DNA of 64,000 nucleotides from an uncultured Gemmatimonadales bacterium (GTDB lineage: Bacteria > Gemmatimonadota > Gemmatimonadetes > Gemmatimonadales > GWC2-71-9), in the NCBI GenBank assembly GCA_963844035.1, contig CAWJMT010000036.1, forward strand, positions 128,001-192,000. Direction: 5' to 3'. Position 1 is the stretch's first letter. The number at the start of each line of letters is the position of its first letter. Below are positions 1 to 10,755 of the stretch, in pieces. Both the position numbers and the translations under genes were made by a program. The notes beneath the pieces were generated by a model that worked only from the letters and a program-made list of their open reading frames with translations, was not told where the DNA came from and made no database searches.

Positions 1-334
1 CCCGGCGTACGGCGCGCCGGCGCCGGCGGTCCGTCGCCGCATTGACCGCGATGCGCGCGAGCCACGGACCGAACGGGCGCGCGGGATCGAACTGTTTCAA
101 CTTGACCATCGCGGCGAGGAACGCGTCCTGGGCCGCATCATCGGCGTCGTCGGGATCGTTCAGGACCGCGCGGGCCACCCGCCGTACCGACGGCGCGTAG
201 CGATCCACCAGCACCCCAAACGCAATCCGGTCACCGGCCTGGGCGCGCGTCACGAGCGTGCCGTCGGCCTCCGCTGCTATACGCGCAGCCTCTGCTATAC
301 GCGCAGCCTCAACCACAGGTTGAGGGTTAGCCAT
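1..334 (-). CDS. ECF (sigma-70 family) RNA polymerase sigma factor, 3' end runs off the window
   Basis: Manual translation from ATG 334: MANPQPVV...LVTRAQAGDRIAFGVLVDRY...DADDAAQDAF...FDPARPFGPWLARIAVN (sigma region 2). Not in the ORF track; start overlaps the cls 3' end. Confidence 0.9.
   Translation of the reverse strand, partial: MANPQPVVEAARIAEAARIAAEADGTLVTRAQAGDRIAFGVLVDRYAPSVRRVARAVLNDPDDADDAAQDAFLAAMVKLKQFDPARPFGPWLARIAVNAATDRRRRRAVRR
274..309. repeat. Perfect 18-bp tandem duplication (CTGCTATACGCGCAGCCT x2) in the sigma factor N-terminus
   Basis: Seen directly; encodes EAARIA twice, in frame. Confidence 0.9.
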
Positions 335-1763
335 CGTCCGGTTCCCGCAAGCGGTGCCGTTCCAGGACATAGGCCCCGGACACCAGGGCCAGAAGGAACG
401 ACCCCACGGCCAGCGTGACGCTCATCACCCGGGGAAACGCCAGCAACAACCCGCCCAGTAGCATAAACGTGAGCGCCGCCGCTGTTCCAATGGCCCGTCG
501 CAACCCGCCCGCCACGCGTCGCAGCGTCACCACGGCAACCGCCCCAAGCTCGTAGCGCGAACGCCGGTGACGCCGATCCGGCACGAGCGACGGCGTGGTC
601 GCGGGAGCTCCCACCAGCCGTCCGCGGAAAAAACGCCGACCGGCCTGCAGCACGATCTCCCGGCAGAACGCGAGGTCGTTCACGAACTGGCGGGCCAGGT
701 CTGCGGCGAGGTCCCCCGACTCGGCGATCAGATCCAACTCGTAGTTTCCGAGCAGGCTCGACACGTTGAGGTTGCTCGACCCGACGCGCGCCCAGTTCTG
801 GTCAACCACGAACGTCTTCGCGTGCAACATCGGTCCCTGCCACTCGAAGATCCGAACGCCCGCATTCAGCAGATCCCGATAGCCGACACGGGTGAGGTTC
901 CGGACCACGGCCAGGTCACTGGCGCCCGGGACCAGCAGCCGCACGTCCACGCCGTCGCGCGCGGCGTCGAGCAAGGCGGCGTAGAGGGGCGTGGGTGCAA
1001 TGAGGTACGCGTCAGTGATCCACAACCGCTGCTGCGCGCTCGCGGCCAGGAACTGGACCGCCCGATACATGCGGGCACGCCCAGTGGCGCCGGCAACGAT
1101 GCGCACCGCCACCGATCCCCGTTCGGCGGGGTTGGCCTCCAGCTCGTCGGGCGGCAGCGGCGCGCCAGCACGCTCCCAAATGCGACTGAACGCGATGTCC
1201 GCCGCGGCGGCGGCGGGTCCTGAAACCGTCACCATGCTGTCCCGCCAAGCGCCCCGTCCCTGCGCCGGGTCACCGGCCCACTCGTCGCCGATGCATAGGC
1301 CGCCCAGCATTGCGTGTGCCCCGTCCGCCACGACGAGCTTGCGATGGTCGCGGGCGATCGCGGCGAACACGCGATGCGAGAGGAGCGGGTGAAACGCGCG
1401 CACGTCCACCCCCGCGCTCGCGAGACCGCGCCAATAGCGCCGCGACGTTCCCAGCGACCCGAGGGCGTCGTACAACACGCGGACCCGGACGCCGGCGCGC
1501 GCACGCTCGGCCAGCGCGTCGGCGAAGCGACGCCCGGTGCTGTCGTCGCGAATGATGTAGTTCTCGAAGTGCACCCAGCGTTCTGCCCGGGCGATCAGCT
1601 CGAGCATCGCGTCCAGCGCCCGCGGGCTATCGGCGTGGTGCTCCACCTGATTGCCGCCGATCGGCCGCGCTCCCGTGGCGCGGTCGATTCCCAGCGCGAG
1701 CACGCCCCGGGCGGCGTGAACCGGCCGCGGGACCGGAGTGAACGAAAGAGCGGAGACCGTCAC
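327..1763 (-). CDS. cls: Cardiolipin synthase / phospholipase D family protein
   Basis: Two HKD motifs (HRKLVVAD, HAKTFVVD), GSSN motif, C-terminal TM helices; GTG start overlaps the upstream stop. Confidence 0.88.
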   Translation of the reverse strand: MTVSALSFTPVPRPVHAARGVLALGIDRATGARPIGGNQVEHHADSPRALDAMLELIARAERWVHFENYIIRDDSTGRRFADALAERARAGVRVRVLYDALGSLGTSRRYWRGLASAGVDVRAFHPLLSHRVFAAIARDHRKLVVADGAHAMLGGLCIGDEWAGDPAQGRGAWRDSMVTVSGPAAAAADIAFSRIWERAGAPLPPDELEANPAERGSVAVRIVAGATGRARMYRAVQFLAASAQQRLWITDAYLIAPTPLYAALLDAARDGVDVRLLVPGASDLAVVRNLTRVGYRDLLNAGVRIFEWQGPMLHAKTFVVDQNWARVGSSNLNVSSLLGNYELDLIAESGDLAADLARQFVNDLAFCREIVLQAGRRFFRGRLVGAPATTPSLVPDRRHRRSRYELGAVAVVTLRRVAGGLRRAIGTAAALTFMLLGGLLLAFPRVMSVTLAVGSFLLALVSGAYVLERHRLREPDDG

Positions 1764-2350
1764 GTCGCGGCCTGCGCCGGCCGTCCCAGGCCGAGCGAGT
1801 CCTCCACCGGCCGCAGCGACCCGATCACGAACGCGATGTGCTCGTCGAGCGGGACGTCGAGCTCGGCGGCTCCCTGGAGCACGTCGTCGCGGTTGACGCC
1901 GCGCGCGAAGGCCTTGTCCTTGAGCTTTTTCTTCACCGAGGCGACCTCCAGGTCCGCAACACTGCGCGATGGCCGCACCAACGCGCACGCCACGAGGAAC
2001 CCGCACAGCTCGTCCACCGCAAACAACGCCTTCGCGAGGAGGGAGTCACGGGGCACGCCCGTATAGCTCGCGTGGCCGAGGATCGCGCGGCACGACGCTT
2101 CGGACAGGCCCCGCTCGCGGAGCAGCCGCACGCCCCAACTCGGGTGCTCCTCGCTGGGAGAGCGCGCGGCATTGGGGTAGCGTTCGTAGTCGAAGTCGTG
2201 CAGCAACCCCACCAGCCCCCAGCCTTCCGGATCCTCACCGTACTTTAGCGCGTATGCGCGCAGCGCAGCTTCCACTGCCAGCATGTGCTGCCGCAGGCTC
2301 GGCGACTCGGTGTGCTCCTGCATGAGCCGCAGGGCGGCGTCACGGTCCAT
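1760..2350 (-). CDS. HD-domain (HDIG-like) metal-dependent phosphohydrolase
   Basis: LRQHMLAVE, GLLHDFDYE, VDELCG, KKLKDKAFARGVNR are typical of this family. Confidence 0.88.
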   Translation of the reverse strand: MDRDAALRLMQEHTESPSLRQHMLAVEAALRAYALKYGEDPEGWGLVGLLHDFDYERYPNAARSPSEEHPSWGVRLLRERGLSEASCRAILGHASYTGVPRDSLLAKALFAVDELCGFLVACALVRPSRSVADLEVASVKKKLKDKAFARGVNRDDVLQGAAELDVPLDEHIAFVIGSLRPVEDSLGLGRPAQAAT

Positions 2351-2353
2351 GGT

Positions 2354-4224
2354 CTACCCCAGAGGGCGGACCCTGGCTTGCGTTCACCCGGGGTGCCGTC
2401 CACGTCCACGTTCCAACGGTCGGCCCACAACTCTGCCATCAGGATCGGCCACAGTTTGCGGGCATGATTCGCGCCGCCGGCACGGTGTTCGGCCAACAGG
2501 CGTGGCACCTGATCGGCTCCGAAGCGGGGTTTCGCAAGCAGCCGATCCGCCAGGGGCGCGAGGCCGCCATTGAGCCAACTCGCCACTGGAACCGACAGAC
2601 CCCGTTTTTTCCGTTGGATGACGGCTTGGGGGATCAGGCCCCGCGCCGCATCCTTTAATATGCGTCTTGGACGTCAGGCCACGCACCTTCAGGCGCGACG
2701 GCCCTGGAAGGACAAGCTCCATGACCTCCCGGTCGAGGTACGGCGCCCGTGCTTCAATCGATGCCAGCATGGTCCCCCGATCGACCTTGACGAGCAGGTT
2801 GTCGGGCAGGTAGGTGAGGAAATCCAGCCACAGGATCCGGTTAAGAGGGTCGTCTTTCGGAAAACCCGTCAGTTTGCAGGCCAGTTCCGGCACCGTTCCT
2901 GGGCCGGGCCCGAGCGCGCCGAACCAGTGCAGATGCCGCTCCAGCGCCGGGAGCTCCGCGGCGGTCACGAACTGGCGCAGGAGAAACTCCAGCGTGACCC
3001 TGCCGGTCGATGCGGGGAGGCGACTCACGGCCCAGCGTGCGAACGCGCGCACCGGGGCCGGAAGGTGGAGGTAGAGGCCGGCGACCTGGTGACCAAGGTA
3101 GGTGGGATAGCCACCGAACAACTCATCCGCACCTTCCCCCGACAGCACCACTTTGACATGCTCGCGCGCCGCCTCGGCCAGGAGGAACGTCGGGAGGATG
3201 GCGGGATCTCCGACGGGCTCCGCCAGCGCCCCGCTCACACGTGTGCAGCGCCCGCTCGAGCGAGACGTCGTCCGCTACAACCTCGTGGTGCTGCGTGGGG
3301 ATGTCGCGCGTGACCGCGGCGGCATAGCCGCTCTCGTCGAAGCGCGGATCCTGGAACTTGACCGAGTAGGTGTGGATGCGCTCGCCCGCCATCACGCGCG
3401 CGGCGGCGGCGGCGAGCAGCGAAGAGTCGAGACCGCCGCTCGTGAACACGCCCACCGGAACGTCCGACATCAGCTCGCGCTCGACGGCCCGGAGCAGGAC
3501 CTCGCGCACCTGATGGGGTGACTCGAGCCGCGAGGGTCGCGCGGCGACGGCGGCGGGGTCCCAATACGCGCGGATCGCGACTCCCGATTCGTCGGCGACG
3601 AGGATGTGGGCGGGCGGGAGCTTATGGATATTCTGCGAACATCGTGTGCGGCGCCGGGACGTACCCGAGCGCGGTGTACAGCGCCGCGGCTCGCGGGTTG
3701 AGGCGCCGCGCCTGATCGGGAAAGACGAGTAAGGCCTGAATCTCCGACGCGAAGCGGAACTCGCCGTCGAACTCGGTCCAGAAGAGCGGCTTCTCGCCTG
3801 CGCGATCGCGCGCCAGGATCAGCGTGCGGCGGCGGTCATCCCAGATCGCGAGGCCGAACATGCCGTCGAGCCGCTCGACCGCGGCGGGGCCGAAGCGCTC
3901 GTAGAACGGAACGATGTTCTCGATGTCGCCGCGGGAGCGAAATGGATATCCCCAACCGGTCGCTTCGCGCCGCAGCGCCGGTGCGTTGTAGATCTCCCCG
4001 TTGCACACCATCCAGACCGAGCCGTCGGGGCTCTGGAACGGCTGATCACCGGTTGTGAGGTCCATGATCGCGAGCCGGCGCGCGCCGATCCGCGCCCGCT
4101 CGTGCCCGACGATCCGTTCGCCGTCGGGGCCACGATGGACCAACGTGGCGGCCATGTCCGGGAGGCAGGCGGCGTGGCGCAACGGCCGTCCCCGAACCGA
4201 CACCGCGCCGAAGATGCCGCACAT
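2354..4224 (-). CDS. asnB: Asparagine synthase (glutamine-hydrolysing) family amidotransferase, frameshifted at 3 or more sites; 3' end approximate
   Basis: MCGIFG N-terminus, RDRAGEKPLF, SGGLDSS, SGEGADELFGGY, KVDRGTMLASIEARAPYLD are spread over four ORFs. Confidence 0.88.
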
Positions 4225-4227
4225 CCC

Positions 4228-5872
4228 TCACCCCCTCACGCGGTGACGTTGGCACGGCCCATAGGCCGCGAAGCGGCCGTCCTCCGCCAGCAGCGGCAGG
4301 GTGGCGAGTGCGGATCGCACGGTGCGGTTGCCCGCGCGTGTCACGAAAACGGTCGGCACGGGACAGACCTCGAGCACCTCGCGCCAGGAATCCTGGGGCC
4401 GCAACGGGGAATTGGGGACGGTGCGCAGTTGCTCGTGATAGCGCGCGATGTAGTTGCTGGTCAGTTCTTCGGCGCGCCCGGTCGCGACGGGAATCGTGCG
4501 TCCCAGATAGAACGGTAACGAGGGTGGGTACGCCGCGATGCCAAGCACTTCACCGCTGTCTCCCATCGCCGAACCGATCGCGGCGCTCAGCGTCGCGGCG
4601 GAGCGGTCCTCCCCAACGGCGGCCATCAACGGCGCCGAGGCGAACGGAATCGCCATGACGACTATGGCGTATGCGGCGGCGGCGAGTCCGGTCGAGCGGC
4701 GCGCGGCCGCGAACGCCTGGCACACCGCCGACAGGAGCAGCACGATGCCGAGCGCCAGCGCCAATTGCGGGATGGCGGCTCGCTCCAGGGCGGTGAGGGG
4801 CAACGTGCGCACGGTGATGCCCGGCAGTACCACAAAGAAAATGCCCAGCGCCGTGGCGAGCGCGGTGTGGACACGCCACCCGGCGCGCGGCCCCGCCGCA
4901 GTCAGCGTTCGTGCGGCGGCGAGGGCGAAGGCCGGCATCAAGGGCAGCATGTACTGCGGCAACTTGGACTGATTGAGCGTGAACATCGCCAGGGGCCCGA
5001 GCACCCAGGCGATGAGCCAGAGTGACTCGGCGTTGGCTGGATCGCGCCGCGCGGCCCAGGTCCGGCGCCAGGCACGCAATCCGGGCACACGCGGGCACGA
5101 TCCACGGGAACGGGGCGACACCGAGGATCGGGATGTAGTACCAGAACGGCGCGGTGCGGTGAAAGCGCGGGGTGGTGAAGCGTTCGAACGTTTCCTGCAC
5201 GAAGGCGTAGTGGGGGAATTCGGGCACACGCGCGGAGACCGCGATGAACCACGGCAGCCCCACGAGACAGAAGGCGCCCAGTGCGCGCAGCGAGACCACG
5301 CGCCGGAGCGGTTGGCCGGTCGCGAGCAGATAGGGAACGATCCCTGCGAGCGCGATCCCGATCGCGACCGGTCCCTTGGTGAGGGCGCCGATGGCGATGG
5401 CGATCCACGCGAGCGTGGTGCGCTCGAGAAACAGGCAGAGCATCGCGGCGGTGGTGCACAGGGTAAGCGTGCTATCGAAGATCGTGGTGTGGGCATAGGC
5501 GAGCGTGAGCGGCATGGTCGCGAACGCGATCCCGGCGAGCCATCCGGCGTCCGGCCCCCAGCGGCGCCGCCCGAACCACACCAGCAGCGCGATGGTCGCC
5601 AGGGTGGCGAGGTACGCGGGGAGCCGGGCCGCTGCTTCCGTCGGGCCAAGCCACTCCATGGCCAGAGCGGCGGCAGCGAAGTAGATGATCGGCTTGTCGA
5701 GGTAGGGAAGCCCGTCGAGATGGGGCACCAGGTAATCGTTCGATGCCGCCATTTCTCGCGCCACCTCGGCGTTGCGGCCCTCGTCGGGATCGAGGAGGCG
5801 GTAGCCGCTCATGTTCCAGCCAAGCGTCAGCGCCGCCGCGATGAGCAACAGCGGCAGCCCCCGCACGGTCAC
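4228..5872 (-). CDS. ArnT/GT39-like membrane glycosyltransferase, one frameshift near 5060
   Basis: DPDEGRNAEVAREM, YLDKP, TKGP, SKLPQYMLP motifs; polytopic membrane protein. Confidence 0.85.
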
Positions 5873-6301
5873 CTAATGAACCGCTTGCCCGCCCGATCCG
5901 GGAGCGGGCGGCGGGAGCTGTGAAACCGTCACCGGCACCGCGGCCTTCTGCTCGCCGTCGATCGTGATTTCGAAGCGGTACACTCCGGGGTGCGGGAAGG
6001 GGACATCGAACACGAGGATCGCTCCCGCCTCGATCTCGGTGATCCCAGCAGGGGGCTCGGCAAACAGGACGCTGCCCGACCCGCCGAGGCTCTCGTTGCC
6101 GCCCTCGTCGACCAGCCGGATCTGAACGCCGTGCTCGCCGACCTCGGTGCGCTTGCCCTTGAGCCGCAGCACCAGGTGGAGGCGGGGGTGCATCGCGGGG
6201 AACTGCTGGACCCAGATGTGCTGGAAGATGCCGAGCACGGACAGCTTGCCGCTCTGATCCACGAGCGCGTAGTCGGCCACCACCGCGAAATCAACGTGCA
6301 C
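5873..6301 (-). CDS. DUF6941-like conserved hypothetical protein
   Basis: ADYA...GKLSVLGIF...FP N-terminus and a PGVYRFEI C-terminal strand. Confidence 0.7.
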   Translation of the reverse strand: MHVDFAVVADYALVDQSGKLSVLGIFQHIWVQQFPAMHPRLHLVLRLKGKRTEVGEHGVQIRLVDEGGNESLGGSGSVLFAEPPAGITEIEAGAILVFDVPFPHPGVYRFEITIDGEQKAAVPVTVSQLPPPAPGSGGQAVH

Positions 6302-6320
6302 TATCGCGCCCGATCGACCC

Positions 6321-6771
6321 TCAAGTCACCTTGATCGACGTGATTTCGTCATTCTGCGCGATCGCGTTGACGACGTCCATTCCCTTGGTGACCTGTCCGA
6401 ATACCGTATGGACGCCGTCCAGGTGCTTCTGGGGCGAGTGGCAAATGAAGAACTGGCTGCCGCCCGAGTCCCTGCCCGCATGCGCCATCGACAGCGTGCC
6501 CGCGACGTGCTTGTGGGTATTCTTCTGCGTCTCGCAGCGGATGGTGTACCCCGGCCCGCCGGTCCCGACGGGACCCTTGCCGGTCTTCGAGTAGGGGTCG
6601 CCGCCCTGGATCATGAAGTTCGGGATGACCCGATGGAACTTGGTGCCGTCGTAGAACTGGGCATTGGCGAGCTTCTCGAAGTTCGCGACGGTGCTCGGCA
6701 CCTCATCCGCGAACAACTCCAACTTCAATCTTGCCCTTGGACGTTTCGATCACGGCCTTCTTGTTCGGCAT
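6321..6771 (-). CDS. Cyclophilin-type peptidyl-prolyl isomerase, frameshift near 6722
   Basis: [42 protein letters not shown]; the N-terminus [13 protein letters not shown] is in another frame from ATG 6771. Confidence 0.92.
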
Positions 6772-6811
6772 TCGGCATCTCCTCTGAAGAGGCGCGGTGC
6801 GTCTCGAAGCA

Positions 6812-8838
6812 TCAATGTAGCGGGCGGATAGCGGCTCGCGGCAGCGCCGTCAGCGCAGGGCTTCCCCCAGGGCATCCGGCGACGGCGATTGGAAGCGAGC
6901 ATGTCGTGCCGACGCACACGACCGCGGTGGGGACGGCGGCGTCCTTGCGCACCACGACTTTCCGCGGTCGATACACCTGCAGGGCGAGCAGGTGCATGTC
7001 GCACGCCGGCCCCGGGCCCAGCGGGCCCGCCACTTCGATCCGGGTGATGGGATGCGCGGCCCAGTCCATGGCGCGCGCGAGCGTGGCGCCGTGGAGCGAC
7101 AGCAACCCCGCCGCGCCGGCGAACGTGGCGAGCTGGCGATCGAGCAGGCGGCGCCACTCGGCGTCGTCGCTCAACGCCCAGAGGCGGGCCAGCACGAGAG
7201 CCGCCACGCCGTTGGCCGACGGCGTGGGGGCGTCTTGCACCGGCTTCGCCGGCGTCGTCAGGTACGCCTCCGCGGCTCCGCTCCCGTCGCGCGCCGTGTC
7301 GAAGAACCCGCCGGCGGCTTCGTCCCAGTGCGCGCGGATGCAGTGCCGGATGACGGACACGGCGCGCGCGCGCCACTCGACGTCGCCGGTCGCTTCGTAC
7401 GCGTCGAGGAACGCTGCTGCGGCGTGCACGTTGTCGTCGAGCAGTCCGTGCGGCTCCGCGCGGCCGATCACGTGCGCCATGCCATGGCCGCTCGTCCCAG
7501 GATTCCCAGATTCGTCCAAGGACCTTGAGGGCCAGCGCATTGCACTCGGGACGGTTGAGCACCGCGCCGGCGTGGAGAAAGGCCGACGCCATCATCGCGT
7601 TCCAGTTGACGTACGCAGCGACGTCGACGTACGGACGCGGGCGCAGGTCCCGCGCGGCTTTGAGCGTGCGGATGGCATTTTTCAGCGTGCGCCATTCGTC
7701 TTCGCCGGCGGGGTCCTCGTGCCACCAGAGCACGTTTTTCTCCGGGTTGTGATGCATTTCGCCGTGCTGCTCGACCTCGAAGACGCGGCTGGCAACGTGG
7801 AATGCTTCGTCTGGCAACGCCGCTTTCATCTCAGCGAGCGTCCAGGTCCAGTAGTCGCCGTCGTCCCCCAGCCCCACATCCGCGTCCTGGGACGTGAAGA
7901 ACGCGCCGGCGCCTGAGTCGGCGAGCACTTCCGAGCACCCAGTCCACGATTCCGCCCGCGACCTGCTTGAAGAGCGGCGTGCCGAACGCCGCGTAGGCGT
8001 CGAGGTACGCGTGCAGCAGCTCCGAGTTGTCGTACGACATCTTCTCGAAGTGGGGCACGATCCAGCGCTCGTCCACGGAGTAGCGGTGGAACCCGCCCCC
8101 CAGCTGATCGTGGATGCCGCCGCGCGCCATTCCGGTGAGCGTCTTCTCCACCACCTCCCGCAACGCGTCGGCGCGCTCGTCGAACCAGCGCGCCAGCAGC
8201 AGCTCGCAGGAGGCGGGGTGCGGGAACTTGGGGGCCGTTCCGAAGCCGCCGTAGCGGATGTCGAACAGCCGGACGACGTCGTCGACGACCTGTGTCACGA
8301 GCGCAGGAGTGACGGTGCCCGGCTTGGTTTCGTCGAGCGATTCGGTCACATGCTGCCGGATCGCCTTGGCATTGCCGGCGATCTTTGGCCGATCCTCGCG
8401 GTGCAGCCGTGCCACCTGCCGCAGCACCGTGAGGAATCCCGGGCGTCCGAAGGGGTTCTCTTCGGGTGGGAAATACGTGCCGCCGAAAAAGACTTCGCCC
8501 TCATGGGTGAGGAACGCGGTGAGCGGCCAGCCGCCCTGGCCACTCAGGGCCTGGACGGCGCGCTGGTAGCGCGCGTCCACGTCGGGGCGCTCGTCGCGAT
8601 CGACCTTGATACAGATGTAGTCCCGGTTCAAGACCTCGGCGACCGCCGGGCTCTCGTACGATTCGCCGTCCATCACGTGGCACCAGTGGCACCACACGGC
8701 CCCGATGTCGAGCAGAATCGGCTTGTCCTGCGCGCGTGCTTCCTGGAATGCCCGTTCGCTCCACGGATACCAGTGCACGGGCTGATGGGCGGCGGACTTG
8801 AGGTAGGCGGAGTGCTCGGAGGCGAGGAGGTTAGGCAA
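6812..8838 (-). CDS. YyaL/SSP411-like thioredoxin-domain (DUF255) protein, two frameshifts
   Basis: WCHWCHVMDGESY, KVDRDERPDVD, GGWPLT, VPHFEKM, PSANG across three ORFs. Confidence 0.88.
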
Positions 8839-9980
8839 GGTATCGCACCGCCGTCCGCGTCAGCAGCTCCGCGCCGATCACCAGCGACTCCTCCTCGATG
8901 TCGAATGTGGGGCTGTGATGCGGCGATCCCTTCGCGCCGACGGGCGCCGAGCCGACGAACGCGAACGCGCCCGGCACCTGGGCGAGGAAGAATGACATGT
9001 CTTCGCCTCCCATTGTGCGAACGCCGCTGACGACCTTGTCGCGCCCAACGACTTCGGCTGCGGCCTCGCCCATCAGCTCGGCCATTCGCCCGTCGTTGAC
9101 CGTCGGCTTCGCGAGCCGGCGGTAGCGTACCTCGACCGACGCGCCGAACGCCGCGGTGATTCCGCGCGCCGTCTCCTCGATGAGCGTGGGGGCCTCGTCG
9201 TAGAATTTTCCTCCGAAGGTGCGTACCGTGCCGCGCAGCTCGGCGTGCCCTGGGATCACGTTGAAGGCGTGGCCCGCGTTCACCTGGGTCACGGACAGCA
9301 CGGCTTCCTCGAACGGATTGCGCCGGCGGCTGATGAGAGCTCTGCAGCGCGGTCACCAGGTGCGCCGACACGAGCACCGGATCCACGGTTTGATGCGGCG
9401 ACGCGGCGTGCCCACCGCGGCCAACTACGCTGATTTCAAATTCATCCACCGACGCCATCACCGGTCCCGGCATCAGGCCGACCGTGCCCACGGGGAGATC
9501 GTTCCATAGATGAATGCCGAACACCGCATCCACGCGTGGGGCGTCGAGCACGCCGTCTGCGATCATGGCCTTGGCCCCGCCGGCGATCTCCTCGGCCGGC
9601 TGGAACGCCATTTTCAGCGCGCCGGCGAGCGGGACGCGCGCCAGCCGTCGCGCTACCTCGAGGCCGATGGCGACATGCCCGTCGTGTCCGCAGGCGTGCA
9701 TCTTCCCGGCGTGTTTGGAGCGGTACGGCACGTCGTTCGCCTCCTCGACCGGGAGCGCGTCCATGTCGGCCCGGATCAGCACGCAGCGGCCCGCGCTCCC
9801 TGCCCGCAAGGCAACGACACCGGTCTGACCGACACCGGTCCGCACGTCGTAGCCGAGCGCCCGCACGCGCTCCGCGACGAGCGCGCCGGTGCGCGTTTCC
9901 TCGAAGCCGATCTCGGGGTGCTGGTGGAGATCGCGGCGGGTGGCGACGAGCTGGGCGCGGTCGATGGGGGGGAGATTCAT
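8831..9980 (-). CDS. M20D family amidohydrolase, one frameshift near 9335
   Basis: RRDLHQHPE, RADMDALP, MHACGHDGH, FQPAEE, GEDMS, HHSPTF. Confidence 0.9.
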
Positions 9981-9984
9981 ATCA

Positions 9985-10069
9985 GACGCTAAGACGCTAC
10001 GACGCTACGTCGCTACGACGTAGTGCGGTCCGTCATTCGTACAACGTAGCGACTTGGCGACGTGTAACG
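9985..10069. repeat. Intergenic 8-bp tandem repeats (GACGCTAC-like x4-5) followed by degenerate inverted copies
   Basis: GACGCTAA GACGCTAC GACGCTAC GTCGCTAC GACGTAG at 9985-10023; CGTAGCGACTTGGCGACG at 10045-10062. Confidence 0.75.
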
Positions 10070-10074
10070 CTGCT

Positions 10075-10755
10075 TCATACCCGCGAACTCGGGCACCACC
10101 GATTCACGACGCACTCCTCGCATTTCGGCCGGCGCGCGATGCACACCTGGCGACCGTGCCGGATGAGGGTGTGTGAGAACCATGTCCAGCGTGGGCGCGG
10201 CACCAGCGCCATCAGGTCGCGCTCGATCTTCTCTGGCGTGGTTTCTCGCGTGAGGCCCAGGAGCGTGCTGAGGCGCTGCACGTGCGTATCCACCACCACA
10301 CCTTCGTTTTTCCCGAACCAGGTTCCGAGCACGACGTTCGCCGTCTTGCGTCCCACACCGGGAAGCTCTACGAGGGCCTCGATCGTGTCGGGGACGTGGC
10401 CGCCGTGGCGCTCCACCACCGCCTGCGCCATCCCGATGATGGACTTGGTCTTGTTGCGGAAGAACCCGGTGCTGTGGATCTCCTGCTCGAGCACGGCAGG
10501 GTCGGCAACGGCGTAGGCCGCCGCGTCGCGGTACTTCGCGAACAGGGCCGGCGTCACCATGTTGACCCGCGCATCGGTGGACTGTGCCGAGAGGATGGTC
10601 GCGACCAGCAGCTCGAGCGCGCTCTGGTGGGTCAGCGCGCAGATCGCTTCGGGGTACGCCTGCTCCAGGCGTGCGAGGATCTTGCGAACGCGCGCTTTGA
10701 GGTGCGCGGGGGACTCGCGGGCTCGTTTGGGACGCGCCCGGGTCTTCGCGGGCAT
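10075..10755 (-). CDS. nth: Endonuclease III
   Basis: LSAQSTD, HhH motif [16 protein letters not shown]-x6-C-x2-C-x5-C 4Fe-4S motif; ATG 10755 overlaps the polX stop. Confidence 0.95.
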   Translation of the reverse strand: MPAKTRARPKRARESPAHLKARVRKILARLEQAYPEAICALTHQSALELLVATILSAQSTDARVNMVTPALFAKYRDAAAYAVADPAVLEQEIHSTGFFRNKTKSIIGMAQAVVERHGGHVPDTIEALVELPGVGRKTANVVLGTWFGKNEGVVVDTHVQRLSTLLGLTRETTPEKIERDLMALVPRPRWTWFSHTLIRHGRQVCIARRPKCEECVVNRWCPSSRV

